In this document: one piece after another, positions 8,799 to 18,561 of the stretch
Layout: each line of letters begins with the position of its first letter
Position numbering within the stretch: position 1 is the stretch's first letter
Sequence record: PZ000613.1
DNA: 64,000 nt
Strand: one strand, 5' to 3'
Source: a phage
Made by a program: the position numbers and the translations under genes
Notes under the pieces: generated by a model
The model's input: only the letters and a program-made list of their open reading frames with translations
The model's database searches: none
Told to the model about the DNA's origin: nothing

Positions 8799-11042
8799 TT
8801 AGTTTTTACTTCCAAGACGTTTGCCTGGAATCCGTGAATCTTTGAGAGAAGCTTGTTGCTCTTTCTTAGTTACATTAGCCTCTTTCTTTTGGAGTTCCAA
8901 AGTTTTATCCTGAACACGAGTTTGCTGAACAATCTTCTCTTGGTCTACTTGATGAGACATAACCATCTGCAATTCTTTCAGTACAGATTCATACTGACGG
9001 ACCTGCTGTTGCATAAGAGCTAACTTGTGCTTAGCTTGTTCCAGAGTAGCATTGTTATCTTCTTTACGGTTTTCCAGAGTCATTGCATCTGCTGCATTTT
9101 CTTGCTTGAACTGCAACTCTTCCTGACGCAGACTTAATTCATCCGCAGCTTTCTGCTGTTCGAATGTAGTACGTTCACGTTGGTCGAATGCATCAGCAAT
9201 CATCTTCTGAGAAGAAGCCTGTACGTTCTCAACCTGTGCTTTAGTCATCTCAAGCTGGAGGATTTCCATCGGAGACGGCTCAGGAGGCTGATACTGTTCC
9301 AGAGGCAGAAGGTATTTATGAGTATCTTTAATACCCATCAACTCAAAGATCTGTGCAGTCATGTAACGGTCTTGCTCCAAACCAAAGAGAGGTGCTAACT
9401 GTGCATCTGCTGCAATCAACTGTTTCAAGCTAATCAATTTCTGTGCACGTTCTGCTTTCTCATTAGGAGAGATAGCTACAACAACTTGAAGATTGTGGCG
9501 AGCTGGCAATTGTTTCGGATTTACCTGAATCATACCACGAGGGGTTTGTACCTCGATAGGAACTTCACCATTTTCTCTGATAAGATTGTAAATACCACGC
9601 ATCAATTCAACCATACCGTTGTGAGCAATGTTACGACATACCATACGGAGACGGTTCTGTGCAGCATTCATCATCAAGCCTACAGTTGCATAAGCGTTAT
9701 CATTCTTAAACACATCAGGGTTGATACCCATGCCAAGTTTAGTTACACCTGTACGAGTCTCTTTAAGCTCCTCAGACATACCTAGGAGGCCGTCAATACC
9801 TTGAGGTAGGTTATGGTATGGGAACAGGTCAATAGCATCCTGACGCTCCATTTCAACCACTCCACCGGGACGGTTATCAAGCAGAGAGCGACGATCGTAT
9901 GCACCAACAAGAGCTTTGTATCGACCATAGTTAGCATTGTTGACGTTATCAATATAACCACGAACTAACGCGGTACGTAAATCTTGAATATCTTTCGTAA
10001 TGTCATAGACGGATTGACCATAGAAGGAACCCGGAATTGGATACGGGCAGAAGGTTACAAACGGAATGTGAGTTACTTCTTCAGTGTGAAGGATATGCTC
10101 ACCAGCTTGAATAACCTGATAGAGTTTAGACTCTTTATTCTTATCTAGAACACCAGTACGAATGTAGTGCTCATAAACCCAAACCATAGAAGCAATGTCT
10201 TCGGTATCTGTACCAATATCAGCATCAATATCCTGACGCCAGTCAGTACGAGACCAAGCAACTGTAGATTGAGTAGTATCCATCGTGTCTGTCCAGTCGT
10301 TGAATGCTTCAATCTCGTCTTTAGGGAAGCCCATAGCAACCAGATCTTCTTTAGAACGACGTACACGATGACAGAAATATTGTGCATCTGCAAAAGAGGT
10401 AGCATGTTCATCAACAAAGATTTGCTCTGAAGGAACATATTCAACTTTCACACGTTTAACAGTTTGTTCATAAGTGACTTTAACATCCACTGTACCGTCT
10501 TCATTTTCTTCAGTGAAGATTTCCAGATTCTTGAGTCCACCAGCTTCTAATCCCTGAACATATGCAGCCAATGCTTCCGGTGGTACACCTTCAGCCTCTT
10601 CAGTTTGAGTAGAAGTTTGCTCATCCCAATAGTATTTGATAAAAGAGTTACGAGTAACCAGACATTCTTGTGCAGCAGAAGAGATAATATTGTATCCCGG
10701 ATTATCACGCAGAAGAATTTGGTTAACTAACTTAGTTGCTACATCAGCAGCATCAGAATCCTGTTGGTTGTCAGCTACGAAAGTAACTGCTTCATCACCA
10801 GAACAGAATACGTTAATAATATCTTGCAATGTACCGTTAACAGATTCCCAAACAGTACGATCTACCCAACTAGAGCTGCCAGCAGTTACTGGTGCAGGTA
10901 AGTTACCATAGAAATATTCCCAAGCTTCACGAGCATAGCCCTTAACAGCCATGTCCACGTATCCTTGAGCGTAATTAAAACGACGTTGAAGGTCAACACG
11001 TAACTCGTCCAACACCTCTTCACTATATTTTTGCTTAGCCAT
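8799..11042 (-). CDS. portal protein (747 aa)
   Basis: Large ORF immediately downstream of the large terminase and upstream of scaffold/capsid; size and order typical of portal. Confidence 0.6.
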   Translation of the reverse strand: MAKQKYSEEVLDELRVDLQRRFNYAQGYVDMAVKGYAREAWEYFYGNLPAPVTAGSSSWVDRTVWESVNGTLQDIINVFCSGDEAVTFVADNQQDSDAADVATKLVNQILLRDNPGYNIISSAAQECLVTRNSFIKYYWDEQTSTQTEEAEGVPPEALAAYVQGLEAGGLKNLEIFTEENEDGTVDVKVTYEQTVKRVKVEYVPSEQIFVDEHATSFADAQYFCHRVRRSKEDLVAMGFPKDEIEAFNDWTDTMDTTQSTVAWSRTDWRQDIDADIGTDTEDIASMVWVYEHYIRTGVLDKNKESKLYQVIQAGEHILHTEEVTHIPFVTFCPYPIPGSFYGQSVYDITKDIQDLRTALVRGYIDNVNNANYGRYKALVGAYDRRSLLDNRPGGVVEMERQDAIDLFPYHNLPQGIDGLLGMSEELKETRTGVTKLGMGINPDVFKNDNAYATVGLMMNAAQNRLRMVCRNIAHNGMVELMRGIYNLIRENGEVPIEVQTPRGMIQVNPKQLPARHNLQVVVAISPNEKAERAQKLISLKQLIAADAQLAPLFGLEQDRYMTAQIFELMGIKDTHKYLLPLEQYQPPEPSPMEILQLEMTKAQVENVQASSQKMIADAFDQRERTTFEQQKAADELSLRQEELQFKQENAADAMTLENRKEDNNATLEQAKHKLALMQQQVRQYESVLKELQMVMSHQVDQEKIVQQTRVQDKTLELQKKEANVTKKEQQASLKDSRIPGKRLGSKN

Positions 11043-11102
11043 CTATTCTCTCCCTCGGTTGATAGCTTAAATAAAAGAAGGGAGGACAAACCTCCCCTTA
11101 CT

Positions 11103-12644
11103 TTAGTAGCTCTGATTCCATCTGCTTACGTTTGCCTCATACAGAGAAGCACTTCCGTAGCTAACGTCATGCTTAGAGCGACCACGATGTGTAACAGAGC
11201 ACGCTGAATAGCGCATTGCATCCATTAAGTCATCATGTTCTTTAATAATCTTACCAACCTTACGGTGATATCTAGCTTTCTCTTCGAATAGCTTAGCGTT
11301 AGCGGCTGTGTTAAAGACTTTAAAGCGTCCACTCATCATTCTTTCTCGGATATCTGTGATTCCGGGTTCTACAAAGAAGTTCTTTTTACCATCCATTCCA
11401 ATTTTGTTGTAGAAGGTCTCACTCTGCACATTAACTCCTGCATTCTTATAGAATTGAGCAACAGATGAGCCACTGCCTTTCTCAATATTGTCCGCATCAT
11501 GCGGTAGGATGACAGGAATCCACTGACCACGACCATTAATAGCTGGAGCATGATACACTGGAGTAAAGCCACCTTCTTTATATGAGTCGTAAACATAGAT
11601 AGTATCCGTGTTTGCATCGTAAGCTGTCCAAACAGCAGCAGTTGGGTGATCAATACCAATATCAATTGCACAGACACGTTTCCACGTATCAGGAATTTCG
11701 AATGGTTCACATTTAATTGTGTCATCCGATACATCATATATCAAACCACTTCCTAACAATGGCATACCTTTCGAACGCATCTCTAATTGCCACGCTGGAA
11801 TACCTTCAGTCATATCTTTTATATCTTGGTCAGTGATATGTCCACCTAGGTCTGCATGAGCATCCCACCAAGAGGCATTCTGGAAATATAGAGAACCTGT
11901 GTTCTCATCCCCTTCACCTTTCATAAATTTATCTACCAGTTCAGTTAAACCGTTCTCTGGTGTAGCTGTAATTGTAACTAGACCTTTAGTTGTGAGTGTA
12001 CGTGTGACGCACTGTGCGAATATAGCCATAGACTCGTATGGATCTTCTTCGTCTAACCAAATGTAGTCAACTGTTGCACCCATCAATGTGTGTTCACCCT
12101 GTTGGGTTGAACGGAATTCTAATGTACTTAAACCGTCAAACTCTCCTCTTTCATTTTGATGTTTGATTTGTACGATTTGAAGTTTGTTACCATCTCGCTC
12201 TATCGTGTCAATGACGATAGCATCACGAGGAATGACACCTGTCCCTAATAAATTTGTATCCTTTCCGATAGGTGTACCAAACAATTCCTTTTGCAATACT
12301 TTCCTTGTGGAATCCCCTGTAATACCAACTGCCCATGCTAAGATAGGTCTTTTAAATTTATATCCTGTCCACCAAGTTGGGTAGCGACCTGTGACATGAC
12401 AAGCAAACTCGTATGCCTCGCTGTAAGATTTACCAACACGGTTCGCTGCACACAAGAATCTAAAGCGATGCTTCAATCCTGCTGCATAAAATTTCTTTTG
12501 GAAGTCATACGCCTTGAAAGACAAAATCCTATTATACTTCCTCCATTGGTCACGCTCTTTCAACATATTCAATAGTGCTTTCTTTTCCTCTACACTAAGA
12601 TTGTTACCAGTTAGAGCTTCATAAATTTGTTTATCTAATGACAT
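11103..12644 (-). CDS. terminase large subunit (513 aa)
   Basis: ATPase P-loop-like segment (ANRVGKS), Walker-B-like IWLDEED, and RNase-H-like nuclease motif (AIDIGIDHPTAAVW) in the C-terminal half. Confidence 0.8.
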   Translation of the reverse strand: MSLDKQIYEALTGNNLSVEEKKALLNMLKERDQWRKYNRILSFKAYDFQKKFYAAGLKHRFRFLCAANRVGKSYSEAYEFACHVTGRYPTWWTGYKFKRPILAWAVGITGDSTRKVLQKELFGTPIGKDTNLLGTGVIPRDAIVIDTIERDGNKLQIVQIKHQNERGEFDGLSTLEFRSTQQGEHTLMGATVDYIWLDEEDPYESMAIFAQCVTRTLTTKGLVTITATPENGLTELVDKFMKGEGDENTGSLYFQNASWWDAHADLGGHITDQDIKDMTEGIPAWQLEMRSKGMPLLGSGLIYDVSDDTIKCEPFEIPDTWKRVCAIDIGIDHPTAAVWTAYDANTDTIYVYDSYKEGGFTPVYHAPAINGRGQWIPVILPHDADNIEKGSGSSVAQFYKNAGVNVQSETFYNKIGMDGKKNFFVEPGITDIRERMMSGRFKVFNTAANAKLFEEKARYHRKVGKIIKEHDDLMDAMRYSACSVTHRGRSKHDVSYGSASLYEANVSRWNQSY

Positions 12645-12760
12645 ACTTCCTCCAGTTTAAAAATAGAAAAGGGAAAGTCCCTTCGTCAAAGAACCTCCCC
12701 TCTTCGTATAGGGTAACAAGTCTCCTAGCGCTTTACTAGAAGGGGAACCCTTTCCTTTAC

Positions 12761-13234
12761 TTAACTCTCGTCCGCTTCCTCCCCCTTTTCAGCGTCCTCA
12801 GAGTTGTCTTCTTCTGGAGGCATAACGTCGATACCAAGTGCTCCAGTCAAGAAGTCCTTGATTTGTGCATTCAATGATTCTTCGTTGATTACATTCTCTT
12901 CCTCAATCTTAACTTCAACAGAGGCCGCCTTAGGATATACCAGATCTGCAACTTTTGATGCAGCCTTGAATCTAAGATCAGGTGGAATATTAGGATCTTC
13001 GTAAATTTGAATTAACACTTCATCAGGAGACAAATGACTTGCAGCAACACGGTCCAACATTAATTGTGTCAGTTTACCTCTACTACCTTTGGGTCGTCCG
13101 AATTTATTTCCCTTTTGAAACTTCCCATTGCTTGGGTTCATACCACGGCTTTCGAGTTCTTCCGTTACTCCGGGTAATCTTCCTGTAACCTCAGCTACCT
13201 GTGCAGGCGTGAGTTCTCCGTTTTCTCCAAACAT
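12761..13234 (-). CDS. putative terminase small subunit / DNA-binding protein (157 aa)
   Basis: Directly upstream of the large terminase; N-terminal GNKFGRPKGS motif common in small terminases, acidic C-terminal tail. Confidence 0.45.
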   Translation of the reverse strand: MFGENGELTPAQVAEVTGRLPGVTEELESRGMNPSNGKFQKGNKFGRPKGSRGKLTQLMLDRVAASHLSPDEVLIQIYEDPNIPPDLRFKAASKVADLVYPKAASVEVKIEEENVINEESLNAQIKDFLTGALGIDVMPPEEDNSEDAEKGEEADES

Positions 13235-13290
13235 TTTATACTCCTTCTACATTATCAACAACACAAAAAGCCTCCCAAGGGAGGCAAACA

Positions 13291-13860
13291 TTACTTACAA
13301 TCACCAACGGACAGGTTGAACATCTTACCTAGAGCAATCGTCTCACCTTCCCACGGAAGTTCTGCACCCTTCTCTTCCTCTAAAAGAATAGAGCCGTCGA
13401 CCAAAAATTTTTCGTAGTCTCGCAGTGCGTCGTCTACTAACTCACTCTTGTGAATCCACGTAATTGTTTCTGTACCATCCTCTTCGATTCGAACATCACG
13501 ATGCCATTCATCTTTGGAGGTAATGTAATCATGGAGCATTTCATATTCAGCTTCTTCAATCATCTCAATCATTGCACGAGCATAGTCAGGGAGGTGATCA
13601 TGTTTAGTAGATTCGTATTCAACTACTTCCAGAGTAGATGGTGCTGATTTAGTTTTAGAATTAGGGCGAGTAGTATGAATCAAATCTAACATGTTTTTGT
13701 TCTCCGTAATATTTGGTTTAAGAATACTTCCACTATATAGATCTTGTACAGCCAGTCCTGAAACATTTCCCATAGTCTCTAAATGCTGTAAGCTACAACC
13801 AGAGCGACACAGCTGTGAATTGTATTCGTTAAGGTCCATCGCTTTGATTAAATTATTCAT
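13291..13860 (-). CDS. hypothetical protein (189 aa)
   Basis: ORF with RBS in the late (minus-strand) block; no motif recognised. Confidence 0.4.
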   Translation of the reverse strand: MNNLIKAMDLNEYNSQLCRSGCSLQHLETMGNVSGLAVQDLYSGSILKPNITENKNMLDLIHTTRPNSKTKSAPSTLEVVEYESTKHDHLPDYARAMIEMIEEAEYEMLHDYITSKDEWHRDVRIEEDGTETITWIHKSELVDDALRDYEKFLVDGSILLEEEKGAELPWEGETIALGKMFNLSVGDCK

Positions 13861-14158
13861 CTGTCTCTCCCTTGCTGTAGTCTTTGTATGTTTCTACTTT
13901 GTAAGTGCGGAATGCTCTGAAGAAGAGCCAACCTAAGCTACTCACATCAATTGTAATATCGAAATCTGTTTCATCATCTAAGTCAACAAGTCGACCTAGG
14001 CATGTAGCTTCCATCCCTTCTTCAGAGTCACTGTTGACCACGAAAGCGTATGTCTCCGTTCTGAACCGAGGCACAATCTCTGATAAAAAGTCTAATACTA
14101 AATTCATAATTCTTCTCCTCTGAATAAGAGTATAAAGGGCTAGGCATATCGTCATCAA
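13853..14158 (-). CDS. hypothetical protein (101 aa)
   Basis: ORF overlapping the start of the downstream gene by 8 nt; no motif recognised. Confidence 0.35.
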   Translation of the reverse strand: MMTICLALYTLIQRRRIMNLVLDFLSEIVPRFRTETYAFVVNSDSEEGMEATCLGRLVDLDDETDFDITIDVSSLGWLFFRAFRTYKVETYKDYSKGETDE

Positions 14159-14347
14159 AGATGACTATCCAACCCGTAAAGGCCTCCTCATACCAACAAC
14201 CCGTGATCGCTGAAGTAAAGGGGACTTCATGTTAAGGCACCCTCACGTTAAGGCCATGTCATTAGTCATACTTGATACATCTTGCTATAGAGAAGCAGAT
14301 GAATAAACAGAAGACTATTACTAACCAAAAGATTATTTCCATTAAGG

Positions 14348-14635
14348 CTACCCCATCTCCCGTAAAGCTTTAGTTAGCATTAATACTAAAGAGACTGCTT
14401 CTACCCGTTCATCGTCTGGAAGAGAGGGATTTGATACTTTCTTTAAATTGTTTTCTATTGCAATCTCAATGAACTTTTTAGTGTCCAGATTCATACTCAT
14501 CCTTATATATAAGAGTTTAAAATTCTGATTTGACCGAATGGGGCTAGCCGCTCCGCGACGAATTCCTAAAAAGGGGGAGTCCTCATTTAAAAAAGGGTTA
14601 TTCAGGATGCCTTTAAGCCCATTCCCACGTTCCAA
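14348..14635 (-). CDS. hypothetical protein (95 aa)
   Basis: First minus-strand ORF after the divergent control region. Confidence 0.35.
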   Translation of the reverse strand: MERGNGLKGILNNPFLNEDSPFLGIRRGAASPIRSNQNFKLLYIRMSMNLDTKKFIEIAIENNLKKVSNPSLPDDERVEAVSLVLMLTKALREMG

Positions 14636-14640
14636 CCTTT

Positions 14641-15088
14641 CCCCGTGCCTACTCCCCGTAATTATTTCCCCGTGTATACCATCCTATTCATTAACTACCC
14701 GTTAAATTAGTTCCCCTTTAGAGAGTGAGAGAAAGGCCAGCACTGTACAGGCACTACCATAACAGGTCTAATAATACCCATAAGCAATAGCCCACATCCC
14801 CCATAGTTTGAATGTAAATAGTTTCAATAGTTGTTATTATGAGTGCAATAATGATATATGTATTAATTAAGTGGAAAGATTATGTTTGATGTTTATTATA
14901 TTCTTTTTATTCTTTTCTTTTTCAGCGTTCTTTTATTCTTTTTCTTTTAACGTTTGATGCTTGAGTAATGCTATTAATAGTTAACTAATTATTTAAGTGG
15001 TATATTATTACCGCACTATCTGGCTATGTTTCCCCGTGGTCTGTTCTGCGGTTGTGTGTTCCCCGTTTGTCCTGGTATGTTGGTCTGC
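14641..15088. repeat. array of seven (T)CCCCGT / CCCGT(A/T) repeats in the divergent control region
   Basis: Copies at about 14641, 14654, 14668, 14698, 15024, 15054, 15082; the first three are 13-14 bp apart, the last three 28-30 bp apart. Confidence 0.5.
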
Positions 15089-15212
15089 TACCCGTAGGAT
15101 TAGTGTTATAAAGTAACAATATCCAGTAAGCTGATGCTCTGAGTATGGGAAGTTTAGTAAATTAAATTTCTTTAGTTTTCAGTAAGATGCAAGAAAGTTA
15201 GAAAATAAATGG

Positions 15213-15240
15213 TTGACAGTCTTTTCCTTTATTATATAGT
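15213..15240 (+). promoter_or_regulatory. sigma70-type promoter TTGACA-16-TATAGT
   Basis: Consensus -35 hexamer, 16-nt spacer, TATAGT -10, AT-rich upstream; about 40 nt before the first plus-strand gene. Confidence 0.55.
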
Positions 15241-15278
15241 CGGTGACAGTTGATTGAATTTATATAAGGGATAAAGAA

Positions 15279-15770
15279 ATGACTAAAACGATGCAGATAG
15301 TTAATCTGGCAAGTTATGCAATCGTTGCAGCGATCGGTGTTAGTGCACTGGTAACATCTTTTTCTGATAAGGCTATCGCTGGCCCTACTCCTACAACTGA
15401 TGCGGCTAGTGTCTTTATTAGTTCCATCAATAAGGGTTGGCTGATTTGTAACGGTGCAGATAGTGACACCAATAAGATCGTTTTAAAGGTTAAATTCAGC
15501 AACGTTTCCCGTGATGGTCTGGTCGTTAGTACCAAAACACTAGATAATCAGTCTAACAGTGATCTAGTTCTCAAGCGCACCGATAATGATGCGGATATGG
15601 TTACATTTGGCACTGTACAACGTTACAACCATGCGAAAGCTGTTACAAATCTGGTTAGTTATGGTCCGGTTAATGAGTCGATGATCGCCACCACGGTTTA
15701 CAATAACGCTGATAACGCTGTTTATACTGTTCACGTTAATTTAGCCAACTGTATTAAGGCTAGTAAATAA
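15279..15770 (+). CDS. secreted/periplasmic protein with N-terminal signal peptide (163 aa)
   Basis: RBS plus hydrophobic N-terminus (IVNLASYAIVAAIGVSALVTSFS); first gene of the plus-strand block. Confidence 0.5.
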   Translation: MTKTMQIVNLASYAIVAAIGVSALVTSFSDKAIAGPTPTTDAASVFISSINKGWLICNGADSDTNKIVLKVKFSNVSRDGLVVSTKTLDNQSNSDLVLKRTDNDADMVTFGTVQRYNHAKAVTNLVSYGPVNESMIATTVYNNADNAVYTVHVNLANCIKASK

Positions 15771-15797
15771 ATAACCTATTTTCAGGAGTGTAAAAAC

Positions 15798-16064
15798 ATG
15801 ACTATCAAAGAAGTTAAATTGTCTAGCGGCTTTTCTGTTTTTGTTGGCGATACCGCTATCACGTTCAATCTGCGTCATGGTCAGCTAATGTTGCCCGTTG
15901 TTACTTTCTGCGTCATGGATTTTAAAAAGGCTAAAAATTGGTTATCTGCTGTAGGGATTGATATTAACCGCGATGACTTCCGTTCAATTTATTTTGACGG
16001 TGGGTTGTCACTGGCAAATCTGCTAAATCATGGGCTTAATGGGGATGATACTAATGGGAAATGA
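15798..16064 (+). CDS. hypothetical protein (88 aa)
   Basis: ORF with CAGGAG RBS. Confidence 0.45.
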   Translation: MTIKEVKLSSGFSVFVGDTAITFNLRHGQLMLPVVTFCVMDFKKAKNWLSAVGIDINRDDFRSIYFDGGLSLANLLNHGLNGDDTNGK

Positions 16065-16317
16065 AACTATTGCGATAATTGATACGCATAATTACGGTGG
16101 CGTTACGTTGTCTTTCGATGAACCTATCGACGCTGGTTATTTGTCTTTTCTTTCTAAGGGTGAGATACAAACTATCCGTTTTCCTATTGTCTGCTTAGTG
16201 CAAGATTATCTAACTATAGGTAAGTATCTTGCCCAACGTGGGATTTTGTTGTCGCTGGAAGAAGTGGAACATATCAGCGTAGCATTTTTTAGCGAGGGTA
16301 ACAATGATGATTCATGA
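16030..16317 (+). CDS. hypothetical protein (start uncertain, 16030 or 16054)
   Basis: ORF overlapping the end of the previous gene; several in-frame ATGs. Confidence 0.35.
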   Translation: MGLMGMILMGNETIAIIDTHNYGGVTLSFDEPIDAGYLSFLSKGEIQTIRFPIVCLVQDYLTIGKYLAQRGILLSLEEVEHISVAFFSEGNNDDS

Positions 16318-16411
16318 TTATTTCTGGCGTTGCTTGTTCGTCGTTACAGTGGCGTTATTCGTCGCTGATATGCTTTATTCTTACATCCTTTAATTAAAGA
16401 GGTTTATATCT

Positions 16412-16777
16412 ATGCGGTTCATTAGATTCGTCGTTAAAATGGTTGTGGGCTTTTTCCTTGTCGTTCTCTTATTGGGTGTTCTCCTATCGTCTATGGGTAG
16501 CGTTAAAGCTGCAACCTTTTCCCCTGATACGGTGGAAGGTTTACAGTGCACCTATTTGATAGAAAACTATTCGACCGGTAAAAAGTCACCTAAGGTTATT
16601 ATTTTGCATTTAAATGATTTTGATCAAGTGCATTCATATGATAAAACCATTCAACTGGTAAATGAAACTACCGGTAAACAAATCACGGTCAATCACTTGA
16701 TGCGCTCATCGTTGACGCTCTTTGATGAGTCCATGAATGAAATGGCATCCGGTAACGGTCAATGTGTAAATCCATAG
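16412..16777 (+). CDS. membrane/secreted protein (121 aa)
   Basis: RBS AAAGAGG; N-terminal hydrophobic segment (MVVGFFLVVLLLGVLLSS). Confidence 0.45.
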   Translation: MRFIRFVVKMVVGFFLVVLLLGVLLSSMGSVKAATFSPDTVEGLQCTYLIENYSTGKKSPKVIILHLNDFDQVHSYDKTIQLVNETTGKQITVNHLMRSSLTLFDESMNEMASGNGQCVNP

Positions 16778-17038
16778 GCTTAATCTTTATCCTGTATTGT
16801 GCCGTAGTCATGCCTATGGTCATAATCTATCTGATTCTCTAATCCTTCCTGTAAGCCTCCCAGTGAGGCTTTTCTCTTTTATAAGGTGATTGTATTCCTT
16901 ACTCCCCTTTAGCTCGTTGTGATGCGTTATAGGCCGCTTATTATTGCTTTACAGGCTGTTTCCTATGATGTATCGCGTGCGCCCGTTCCTCTATCTCTCC
17001 CTACAGTGAAAAAGTTTAAAATATTTTGCTTTACCCTA

Positions 17039-17066
17039 TTGCATAGCCATAAAACTGGCGTATACT
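17039..17066 (+). promoter_or_regulatory. sigma70-type promoter TTGCAT-16-TATACT
   Basis: Near-consensus -35 and -10 hexamers within the ORF-poor 16780-18560 region. Confidence 0.45.
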
Positions 17067-17165
17067 GATTTCTATCGGGTACGATGTAAAACATACAAGG
17101 CAAGGAAACTTGCCCCGCTCTTTAAGAGTCAGGCTAGAAAGTGAAAAATATTCTTAAAAAGAGTA

Positions 17166-17194
17166 TTGACACCAGAAAAAGCCTGATATATAGT
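17166..17194 (+). promoter_or_regulatory. strong sigma70-type promoter TTGACA-17-TATAGT with A-rich UP element
   Basis: Upstream AAAAAGAGTATTGACA closely resembles classic strong phage early promoters. Confidence 0.6.
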
Positions 17195-17310
17195 GAGCAT
17201 AGTCAGCGATGACGTGAAATATCCCGCTCTTTAATAATTTATCATCTTGCCCTTTCGCAAAGATTCACGCGAGATAAGGGAAAAGAATAAAAGAAGATGA
17301 TAAAAAAGGG

Positions 17311-17339
17311 TTGCAAACGTGGTTAAGGTAGTTCATACT
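17311..17339 (+). promoter_or_regulatory. sigma70-type promoter TTGCAA-17-CATACT with A-rich UP element
   Basis: -35/-10 hexamers at optimal spacing, A-tract upstream. Confidence 0.5.
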
Positions 17340-17612
17340 AACCACAAGTTAGCAAAACATCGCTAACTAGTTCCCAAATCAACGTATCACGGGAAAGGTA
17401 GCACATAGTGCAGTGAGTAGTTCAGGTGTAGGCGGCCTGTTAATGAATAAGTAAGCCTTTAATGTGACAGTGATTAGCAGACACTCTAAAAGGCTAACGC
17501 TCTTTAACAATATGAATCATAAGTTAAGCCTCACCGCTTAATCTTCAATCAAATAAAGCTGATTGATATATCCTCCCAATAGCGGGAACGACGAAAAAGA
17601 TTAAAAAAGCGG

Positions 17613-17641
17613 TTGACAGCTAAAACAACATGATTCATAAT
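17613..17641 (+). promoter_or_regulatory. strong sigma70-type promoter TTGACA-17-CATAAT with A-rich UP element
   Basis: Consensus -35, 17-nt spacer, CATAAT -10, upstream GAAAAAGATTAAAAAAGC. Confidence 0.6.
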
Positions 17642-18561
17642 GAGCACACTTAAGCAAATCACCGCTTAAGGAAAGCGTAACAACGGCTAACGGTTGCATA
17701 GTGTGAGAAAGCACACTGATAGATTTACCGCTCTTTAATAATTTAAACATTCTCCTATATCGGTTGAATATGTTAGATGATAATAACCATCGGATAACAT
17801 ACCAGATAAAACGGTGTAAGACTCTCTAAACTATCAGAGAAAAACAGCCTTACAATCCCTTACTGGAAACGTCACCACTGATAAACGGATTCATTGAGTG
17901 CACGCAAAGACTTAAGCTAATCGCCCACGGTTAAGGGTAGCGGCGGTCATCGCTAACAAGGCGCTACAGTGAAAGAAGTTAATCAGGGTAGGCAAGCCCG
18001 AAGAAATAACGCTCAATTGAGAGCGGCGGGGAGTGGTTAAAAAGTGGCAAATTGCTATTTAACAATGAGGTTTAGTGTGAACGTTTATGATGTGAACGGC
18101 TTGAGATTCATCTTATGATGAAAGTACATAGTCGGTTTATGTAGTAAACTTGCCGAAAGATATAAAACGTCGGAACATTAGACGGTCAATGACTCTTTCG
18201 CAATAGTATCCCGTAGTGGGCGATGACTGGCGATTGAGAGTTGATATAAAAGGATAGGCGAGAGCGAAAGCAAAGTAAACGATATTGCCGACGGTTACAA
18301 TAACGTAACTAATTAGAGTCGGACGCACTGCCTTATTGTGATGATTGATCATCGCTATCAGGTCGGCTTCGTTTATAGCGGCTAATTAAAGATACCAGAT
18401 GAAACATCACGGATAAGGGGGCGGCAAGGTTAACTCCTGATAAGACCGCCCCGCTTACCTATAACTACTTACAATGAGTGGTTATAGTTAAGTTAATAGT
18501 GACTTAAACAAGCTCATAGAGAGCGGGGCAATAGCGCCCTTACAATTGAAAGGTGAATATT

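Noticed and set aside
16780-18560. Possible CRISPR array or rRNA/large ncRNA gene in the long ORF-free region
   Set aside because: Repeats are short (11-15 nt), irregularly spaced and not separated by uniform spacers; no rRNA-like conserved blocks recognised. Interpreted as a promoter array instead.
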